DNA from: an uncultured Solibacteraceae bacterium | GTDB taxonomy: Bacteria; Acidobacteriota; Terriglobia; Bryobacterales; Bryobacteraceae | Assembly: GCA_964627455.1 (NCBI GenBank) | Contig: CAZVKC010000003.1 | Coordinates: 97,819 to 152,044 of the forward strand | Length of the DNA stretch: 54,226 nt | Reading direction: 5' to 3' | Shown: in pieces, positions 48,407 to 54,226 of the stretch | Numbering within the stretch: the stretch's first letter is position 1 | Layout of the letters: each line of letters begins with the position of its first letter | The notes under the pieces: generated by a model | What the model saw: only the letters and a program-made list of their open reading frames with translations | Databases searched by the model: none | What the model was told of the DNA's origin: nothing | Translations under genes and position numbers: made by a program

Positions 48407-48438
48407 TTCAAACAAGTGTTTATAAACACCTGTTTGAA
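48407..48438. promoter_or_regulatory. 32-bp near-perfect palindrome, candidate TetR operator in the divergent promoter region
   Basis: TTCAAACAAGTGTTTA|TAAACACCTGTTTGAA: 30 of 32 positions are self-complementary and the core is AT-rich. It lies 3 nt upstream of the TetR start codon and 59 nt upstream of the divergent S9 peptidase start. Confidence 0.6.
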
Positions 48439-48496
48439 TCATACGCGAAACGATTACTGGCCGTCAATACCCCGGCGTCCTATTCTGAAAGCATCT

Positions 48497-51145
48497 ATGT
48501 TTTTTCCCAAAACCAGCGCGGCTCTGATGCTGGCGGCTGCGTCCATCGCCATGGCGCAGTTACCTCCAATCATTGACCGCGATCTCCTCTTCGGTGACCC
48601 TGAAATCGCCGGAGCCCAGCTTTCCCCTGATGGCAAGTACCTTGCGTTCATTAAGCCTCTCGACAAAACGCGAAACGTTTGGGTCAAGAAGGTGGCGGAA
48701 CCATTCGCGGCCGCAAAACCCGTAACCGCAGTCACCAAGCGTCCGATCGGCGGGTACTTCTGGAGCCGTGACGGCAGGTACATCCTGTTTGTTCAGGACG
48801 AAGGCGGCGACGAAAACTTCAACGTTTGGGCCGTCAATCCCGCTGACAGTCCGAAGACTGGAGAGAAGGCGCCTCCCGCCAAGAACCTCACCGCGGCGCA
48901 AAAAGTCGCGGCCAACATCGTTCATGTTTCGAAAGTCGATCCGGACCTTCTGTTCGTCGGCATTAACGATCGCGACAAGGCATGGCACGACCTTTACAAA
49001 GTGCGCATCTCTACAGGCGAGCGAACGCTGATCCGTAAGAACACCGACCGCATCGCCGGTTGGGAGTTCGACCAGAAGGACAACTTGCGCCTCGCGGCGA
49101 TGGTCGCGAACAACGGCGACCAGGAAACCTACCGGATCGCAGGCGACAAGCTGGAAAAGATCGTCACCTGCAACGTGTTCGAATCCTGCAACCCGCTGCG
49201 CTTCCACAAGGACGGCAAGCGCGTCTACTACCTTTCGAACGCCGGCGCCACCGACCTCATTAACCTGTATCTGCTCGACCCTGAGACCGGTAAGCAGGAA
49301 CTCGTGGAATCCGATCCGCTCAAGCGCGTGGATTTCAGTGGCGCGATGTTCAACGACAACGACGACATGGAAGCGGTCATCTTCTATGACCAGAAGCGGC
49401 GCATTTACTTCCGCGACAAGGCTGTCGAGTCCGACTTCCGGCTGCTCGAAAAGCGTTTTCCGGGCCGCGATATCAATATGACGTCGCGAACTCGCGACAA
49501 CTCGATCTGGCTGATTGCGGTCAACTCCGACGTCGAACCCGGCGAAGTTTACATCTTCGATCGCAAGTCGAAAAAGACCGACCTGCAGTACAAGGTGCGG
49601 GAGAAAGTCGACCGCAATGCGCTCTCGTCAATGAAGGCGATCGAGTATCCGTCATCCGACGGCCTCGTCATTCCGGCCTACCTAACCCTTCCCAAGGGCT
49701 TAGTGCCGAAGAACCTGCCGCTCATCGTGTTCCCGCACGGCGGACCCTGGGCTCGCGACATGTGGGGTTACAACTCCATCCATCAGTTCCTCGCTAATCG
49801 CGGCTATGCGGTCCTGTCTCCGAACTTCCGCGCATCAACCGGATACGGCAAAAAGTTCCTCAACGCGGGCAACGCCGAGTGGGGCGCGAAAATGCAGGAC
49901 GACCTGACCTGGGGCGTTAAGCACCTCATCAAGGAAGGCATCGCGGATCCCAAGAAGGTCGCGATCATGGGTGGATCCTACGGCGGCTACGCGACGCTCG
50001 CAGGTGTCGCCTTTACCCCCGATGTCTACTCAGCGGCCGTCGCGATCGTGGCGCCGTCAAACCTGATCACGCTGCTCGAATCCATTCCTCCTTACTGGGA
50101 AGCCGGCCGCAAGATGATGTACACGCGCATGGCGGATCCCGGCACCGAAGAAGGCAAAGCTGCGCTCAAGCGCATGTCACCATTGAACGCTGCGGACAAG
50201 ATCAAAACTCCGCTCATGGTCGTGCAGGGCGCTAATGATCCTCGCGTGAACCAGGCGGAATCCGATCAGATTGTGATCGCGCTTCGGGATCGCAATTACC
50301 CGGTGAAGTACCTCGTCGCCCCGGATGAGGGCCACGGCTTCGCCAAGCCGCTGAACAACCTCGCGATGTTCGTCGCAGTGGAACGCTTCTTCGAGCAACA
50401 CCTCGGCGGACGGAGCCAGAAAGATGTTCCGGAGGACGTCGCCAAGAAGCTCGACGAACTCACGGTGGATCCGAAGAAAGTCACGCTGGCGAAGAAGATC
50501 GACGCCTCGAAGTCCGCGGAGTTGAAGCCCGCAAGGCCGCTGCTGACCGGTGTGTATCAGTACGGCGCAACGCTGGAACTCGGCGCGCAGAAGATCAACT
50601 TGAGCGTGTCGACGGAAATCCAGAAGACCGGCGACGGCTGGACGGTAATCGACAAGATGGCGTCCCCGATGGGCGAAGCGCTCGATACGGCAACGCTCGA
50701 CGGCGCGACGCTCTTCCTCAAGAGTCGCAGCGTCAAGCAGGGTCCAATGAACATCGAGTACACGTCCGATGGGAAGAAACTCACCGGCAAGATGTCGATG
50801 AACGGCAATGAACGCCCTCTGAACGCGGACCTCAAAGGCGGACTCTTCGCCGAAACTGGTGGTCACTTCGCGATCGCTGCGCTGCCACTCGCTGATGGCT
50901 ACGAGACGGTCTATCGGAACTTCGACCTGCAGAAGGCGAAAGAGAAGCTGATGAGCGTCAAGGTAATCGGTTCGGAGTCGGTGACGGTTCCCGCCGGAAC
51001 GTTCGATGCCTGGAAAGTCGAAGTGAAGCCGGAAGACGGCGGCGGCACGATCTATTGGATCGACAAAGCCGCCGGCAAACCGGTGAAGGCTCGCGCCGTC
51101 ATGCCACAGATGAACGGCGCGACCATGACTCTTGAACTGAAGTGA
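48497..51145 (+). CDS. S9 family serine peptidase (beta-propeller + alpha/beta hydrolase) with a ~230-aa C-terminal extension, secreted
   Basis: Signal peptide [21 protein letters not shown] starting at the ATG at 48497; the track start at 48416 would read through the operator palindrome. Propeller blades ([20 protein letters not shown]), catalytic core [12 protein letters not shown]...[10 protein letters not shown]...[10 protein letters not shown]...DEGHGF, then an unrelated C-terminal domain. Confidence 0.8.
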   Translation: MFFPKTSAALMLAAASIAMAQLPPIIDRDLLFGDPEIAGAQLSPDGKYLAFIKPLDKTRNVWVKKVAEPFAAAKPVTAVTKRPIGGYFWSRDGRYILFVQDEGGDENFNVWAVNPADSPKTGEKAPPAKNLTAAQKVAANIVHVSKVDPDLLFVGINDRDKAWHDLYKVRISTGERTLIRKNTDRIAGWEFDQKDNLRLAAMVANNGDQETYRIAGDKLEKIVTCNVFESCNPLRFHKDGKRVYYLSNAGATDLINLYLLDPETGKQELVESDPLKRVDFSGAMFNDNDDMEAVIFYDQKRRIYFRDKAVESDFRLLEKRFPGRDINMTSRTRDNSIWLIAVNSDVEPGEVYIFDRKSKKTDLQYKVREKVDRNALSSMKAIEYPSSDGLVIPAYLTLPKGLVPKNLPLIVFPHGGPWARDMWGYNSIHQFLANRGYAVLSPNFRASTGYGKKFLNAGNAEWGAKMQDDLTWGVKHLIKEGIADPKKVAIMGGSYGGYATLAGVAFTPDVYSAAVAIVAPSNLITLLESIPPYWEAGRKMMYTRMADPGTEEGKAALKRMSPLNAADKIKTPLMVVQGANDPRVNQAESDQIVIALRDRNYPVKYLVAPDEGHGFAKPLNNLAMFVAVERFFEQHLGGRSQKDVPEDVAKKLDELTVDPKKVTLAKKIDASKSAELKPARPLLTGVYQYGATLELGAQKINLSVSTEIQKTGDGWTVIDKMASPMGEALDTATLDGATLFLKSRSVKQGPMNIEYTSDGKKLTGKMSMNGNERPLNADLKGGLFAETGGHFAIAALPLADGYETVYRNFDLQKAKEKLMSVKVIGSESVTVPAGTFDAWKVEVKPEDGGGTIYWIDKAAGKPVKARAVMPQMNGATMTLELK

Positions 51146-51157
51146 GTAACGATCGGA

Positions 51158-52198
51158 TTACGGAAGCGCCTCACGCAGGCGCTTCCAATCCTTCACGATC
51201 TCGTGAACGACGACGCTGCCGGCTCGATAGATATTTTCAAGCGACTGCAGATACGCCGCGTACTGTCCGATCTTCTCGCCAGCCAGGCTCTCGGCCGCCG
51301 TCACTCCCGGAGGCTGCATGTCGAAGTTACTCACGCCGCGCAACACCAGTACACGCTCGCGATCGACCTTGCCCGCCTTCTGCAGCCACGTCAACGACTG
51401 CAGGACGCCGGTATCTTCCATCGCGGTCGTCGTGTAGTTCCCAGCGCCGTCCGTGTAGTATTTCACCCAGTCATTCGCCCACTGGTTCAGCAGTTTTCCA
51501 TGCCAGAACGTGGACGCGGAAAGCGTGTCGCCCTTCACAACCTTCGCCCTACCTTGCGCAGCGGGATACCCCGTGAATCTGGAACGCCGGTCATCCAGTT
51601 TGTCGGAATCATCGAGCGTCACACCTTTCGACAGACCATACGCCCAGTCCACAAGACGCGTGTTCAGTTTGTAGAACTCGCCCTCGTTCAACTCGCGCCG
51701 CGGCTTTTCGTATGGCTTCGTGCGGCGCAACGGGATCATCCCCGTGGGCCAGTCCGCAGGGATTTCGCGCCCGTCGATCTCATGCGCGAGGTCGCCGTCG
51801 ATCACCCAGTTCGCCCAGGCTGCGGATCCTAGCGTCACATCCGCAGGATCTCCGCCCGCGATCCCGGCCACCACCCAGTACGCCTTGCGAAAGTCGAAGC
51901 GTGGATCGAGCCCCAGCGCCATGATCGACGCGGCCGCGCGCGCTGTGCCGATGCCCGCGCAAATCCCGAGCACGCCATTCCTGTTCATGCGCAGGTCGCG
52001 ATTGCCGGCTGGAAACGGAATCACTTCGTCCAGCTTCTCGCGTTCGACCCAGTGCTGAAACTCACCCGGCGCATCCCCCGTGTCGGCGCCGCGCTCGAAC
52101 AGCGAAACCACGACCACCTTCACTTCACGCGGTTTCGGATCCGCCGCAAACGCACTCACCGCAGCCAACGCGGCGATCGCCGCGCGCAATTTATTCAT
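51158..52198 (-). CDS. purine nucleoside permease (NUP)-family protein (PNP/UDP-phosphorylase-like fold), secreted
   Basis: Signal peptide MNKLRAAIAALAAVSAFA. VVVVSLFERGADTGDAPGEFQHWVERE...GIGTARAAASIMALGLDPRFDFRKAYWVVAGIAGGDP matches the NUP family as recalled. The start is at the ATG at 52196-52198 (the track start 52234 adds 12 aa before the signal peptide). Confidence 0.55.
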   Translation of the reverse strand: MNKLRAAIAALAAVSAFAADPKPREVKVVVVSLFERGADTGDAPGEFQHWVEREKLDEVIPFPAGNRDLRMNRNGVLGICAGIGTARAAASIMALGLDPRFDFRKAYWVVAGIAGGDPADVTLGSAAWANWVIDGDLAHEIDGREIPADWPTGMIPLRRTKPYEKPRRELNEGEFYKLNTRLVDWAYGLSKGVTLDDSDKLDDRRSRFTGYPAAQGRAKVVKGDTLSASTFWHGKLLNQWANDWVKYYTDGAGNYTTTAMEDTGVLQSLTWLQKAGKVDRERVLVLRGVSNFDMQPPGVTAAESLAGEKIGQYAAYLQSLENIYRAGSVVVHEIVKDWKRLREALP

Positions 52199-52967
52199 AA
52201 GGCCAGTGTGGTTTGCTGAAGAGACCTCCGTCAACCCATAGCGTCTGGCCAGTCACGAAGTCAGACTGATCGCCCGCGAAGAACACGACGGCGCGCCCGA
52301 CGTCCACGGGATTCCCGACGCGCCCCAGCGGCGTCACCTTCGACCAGGTACCCGCATAATCCCCGGCTTCCAACTTCGTGCGCTCGATCTCGATTGCGCC
52401 GGGTGCAACGCAGTTCACCGCGATCTGATACCGGCCCAGTTCCGCCGCCGAAACCTTCGTGAACATCTCGATGCCGCCCTTGCTCGCCGTGTAATCGACG
52501 AGGTTCGGAAACGCGATCTTGTTGCAGCCGGAGCCGATATTGATGATCCGTCCGCCGCCGTGGTCCTTCATATGCCACGCCGCTCGCTGCGTACACAGAA
52601 AGCATCCCTTGAGGTTAGTGTCGATCACGTGATCCCATTCCGCCTCGGTCAGGTCGATCAATTTCTTCCAGGTCTGCACCCCGGCGTTATTCACCAGGAT
52701 GTCGAGCCGCGGCGTCCACGCGAGCGTCTCCGCGAACATGCGATCCACATCCGCGGACACGCCAACGTTTCCCTGCACGGCGATCGCGTCGCGCCCCAAC
52801 GTGCGGATCTCTGCGACAGTTGCTTCGGCCCCCGCGCGGTCGCTGTTGTAATTGATTGCGACGTCGCAACCCGCACGCGCCAACTCCAGCGCGATCCCTT
52901 TTCCGACACCTTTACTGGCCCCCGTCACGAGGGCGTGCTTTCCACTGAGATTGGCCATCCGTACCAT
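52191..52967 (-). CDS. SDR-family oxidoreductase (3-oxoacyl-ACP reductase / glucose-1-dehydrogenase-like)
   Basis: GKHALVTGASKGVGKGIALELARAG (TGxxxGxG), NNAG, and a catalytic S...YxxxK region (GSGCN...YTASKGGIEMFTK). The start may be the second ATG (MANLSG..., 52956-52958). Confidence 0.85.
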   Translation of the reverse strand: MVRMANLSGKHALVTGASKGVGKGIALELARAGCDVAINYNSDRAGAEATVAEIRTLGRDAIAVQGNVGVSADVDRMFAETLAWTPRLDILVNNAGVQTWKKLIDLTEAEWDHVIDTNLKGCFLCTQRAAWHMKDHGGGRIINIGSGCNKIAFPNLVDYTASKGGIEMFTKVSAAELGRYQIAVNCVAPGAIEIERTKLEAGDYAGTWSKVTPLGRVGNPVDVGRAVVFFAGDQSDFVTGQTLWVDGGLFSKPHWPYE

Positions 52968-52994
52968 TCAAGCATCGTTGATAATCTGTGTGCA

Positions 52995-54226
52995 GTGCCC
53001 GCTTCACGAGTCTTCCTGATCCTGTCCGTTTCCCTGGTGCTGTTCGCGCAAGCCCCTGCGCCGGTTGGCACGATCCAGGGGACTCTTGTCGACACGACCG
53101 GCAACAGCCTTCCAGGCGCGCGCATCACGGTGCGCAACGTCGACCGTGGCATCGTTCGTACTGCCGAAACTGACATGCAGGGCCGCTTCCAGCTCAGCGC
53201 GATCGCAGCGGGAGAGTGGACTCTGCACGCAGAGCATCAGGGCTTCGCCCCACTTGACGTTCCTGCCTTTCGTGTATCGATCGGACAAACCATCACCCAG
53301 CGTTGGACCATGGCACTTTCAGGTGTCACGACGTCCGTGGATGTGGTGGAACAACCCGACGTTCTCGACGCGGGCACGACATCCGCCAGCGTCGCGCTCG
53401 GAGGCGAGCGAATCGAAGAGAGTCCGACGAGAGGCCGCAATTATCTGGGCTTTGTGTCGCTGGCGCCTGGACTCGCGCAATCTGCCGGCGGCGGGCAACA
53501 GCGCTCGATGACCGGCATCCGCAGTCCGCTTGCTGATAGCGGATTCACCTTCGCCGGCATTCGTCCGCGCAACAACGGCATCAGCATCGACGGCGTGGAC
53601 AATCGCGACGAAACTACAGGAGGCAACCGCGTCGCCGTGGGACTCGAGATGGTGCAGGAGTTCCGCGTCGCCGGCATCAGCGCGGGCGCGGAATTCGGCG
53701 GCGCAGCCGGCGGACTCATCAATGTCGTCACGCGCACCGGCGTCAATCTCTGGCACGGCGATGCGACGTTTTTCATGCAGAACGAGCGCCTCAATGCGCG
53801 CAAGACCGAAGCCGCTACTTCGAAGCGTCCGCAGTTCGATCGACGACAGCCGGGCGCCTCTCTGTTAGGTCCGCTCGTGCGTGACAAAACCTTTTTCGGT
53901 TGGGCAGGGGAGCTCGAGCAGGAACGTGCCGAAGAGTGGTCCGAAACACCGCAGACTGTCGTCGCCCGCATCAATCATATCCGCCCTGGCGCAGTGTTTA
54001 GCGGCCTTTACCCGACCTCGCAGCGCGGCATGGACAGCACCTTCAAGTTCAACCATCAGGTCAACCAGCGGGACACCTTGTCGGCCCGCTATTCGTGGTC
54101 GCACGGCCGCGCACTCGGCGACGTGCAGGGTCCGGAAAACTTCATCGACCAGAGCGCAGCGGGGAACAGCCTCACCACCGATCATGCGCTTGCCGCCAGT
54201 TGGCTGCGGGTGGTCTCACCCACGGT
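52995..54226 (+). CDS. TonB-dependent receptor with a CarboxypepD_reg-like N-terminal domain, N-terminal part; the 3' end lies beyond the window
   Basis: Not in the ATG-only ORF track. A GTG at 52995 begins VPASRVFLILSVSLVLFAQAPAPVGTIQGTLVDTTGNSLPGARITVRNVDRGIVRTAETDMQGRFQLSAIAAGEWTL (signal peptide plus CarboxypepD_reg), followed by a plug-like region (GFVSLAPG...FTFAGIRPRNNGISIDGVDN). The frame is open to the end of the window. Confidence 0.7.
   Translation, partial: MPASRVFLILSVSLVLFAQAPAPVGTIQGTLVDTTGNSLPGARITVRNVDRGIVRTAETDMQGRFQLSAIAAGEWTLHAEHQGFAPLDVPAFRVSIGQTITQRWTMALSGVTTSVDVVEQPDVLDAGTTSASVALGGERIEESPTRGRNYLGFVSLAPGLAQSAGGGQQRSMTGIRSPLADSGFTFAGIRPRNNGISIDGVDNRDETTGGNRVAVGLEMVQEFRVAGISAGAEFGGAAGGLINVVTRTGVNLWHGDATFFMQNERLNARKTEAATSKRPQFDRRQPGASLLGPLVRDKTFFGWAGELEQERAEEWSETPQTVVARINHIRPGAVFSGLYPTSQRGMDSTFKFNHQVNQRDTLSARYSWSHGRALGDVQGPENFIDQSAAGNSLTTDHALAASWLRVVSPT

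Noticed and set aside
51162-51186. 9-bp-stem hairpin GGAAGCGCC-tcacgca-GGCGCTTCC between the convergent S9 peptidase and NUP genes.
   Set aside because: It lies inside the last codons of the NUP gene and has no flanking T-tract on either strand. At most it is a weak bidirectional terminator and is not reported as a feature.
1-54226. CRISPR arrays, rRNA genes, IS elements, toxin-antitoxin pairs, restriction-modification or other defence cassettes.
   Set aside because: No regularly spaced direct repeats, no transposase, nuclease or methylase-like ORFs, and no small two-gene cassettes with toxin-like signatures were seen on either strand.

Overview
This 54.2-kb window is GC-rich (about 62-65 % by eye), densely coding, and looks like a core chromosomal segment of an Acidobacteriota-type genome. 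The lineage hints are a two-FtsX-half orphan MacB-like permease with the MPFLKDL...ALRSNPGFT...GIGANTAIF start, three outer-membrane TonB-dependent receptors whose N-termini show the carboxypeptidase-regulatory-like pattern of Acidobacterial receptors, and many secreted hydrolases.

I call about 45 protein genes and one tRNA-Ile(GAT). I see no integrase, transposase, CRISPR array, rRNA or recognisable defence cassette.

The main blocks are:
- 1-10419: an exo-enzyme and uptake cluster with two TonB-dependent receptors, a tannase/feruloyl-esterase, a DmpA-type aminopeptidase and an S9 peptidase.
- 10409-12652: a methyltransferase placed head-to-head with an ArsA/Get3-like ATPase and a small downstream ORF.
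- 16818-21844: a four-gene minus-strand operon encoding a penicillin-acylase-family hydrolase, a deoxyhypusine-synthase-like protein, a CPBP intramembrane protease and MtnA.
- 29718-36217: a BON-domain protein, a PAS-rich hybrid histidine kinase with a degenerate N-terminal receiver, a CheY-like regulator and a sigma54-dependent regulator in one operon, divergent from a tandem USP gene.
- 41005-48404: an eight-gene TetR - TolC - HlyD - two ABC ATPases - two ABC-2 permeases - hypothetical efflux operon, YbhGFSR-like with the YbhF ATPase split in two, plus a 32-bp near-perfect palindromic operator at the TetR start.

Many of the long ORFs in the supplied track are antisense or N-terminally over-extended artefacts of high GC; I corrected starts where a signal peptide, a conserved N-terminus or an AGGAGG-type RBS supports it. 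I found no unambiguous novel system; the candidates I would look at first are listed in the findings with moderate scores.
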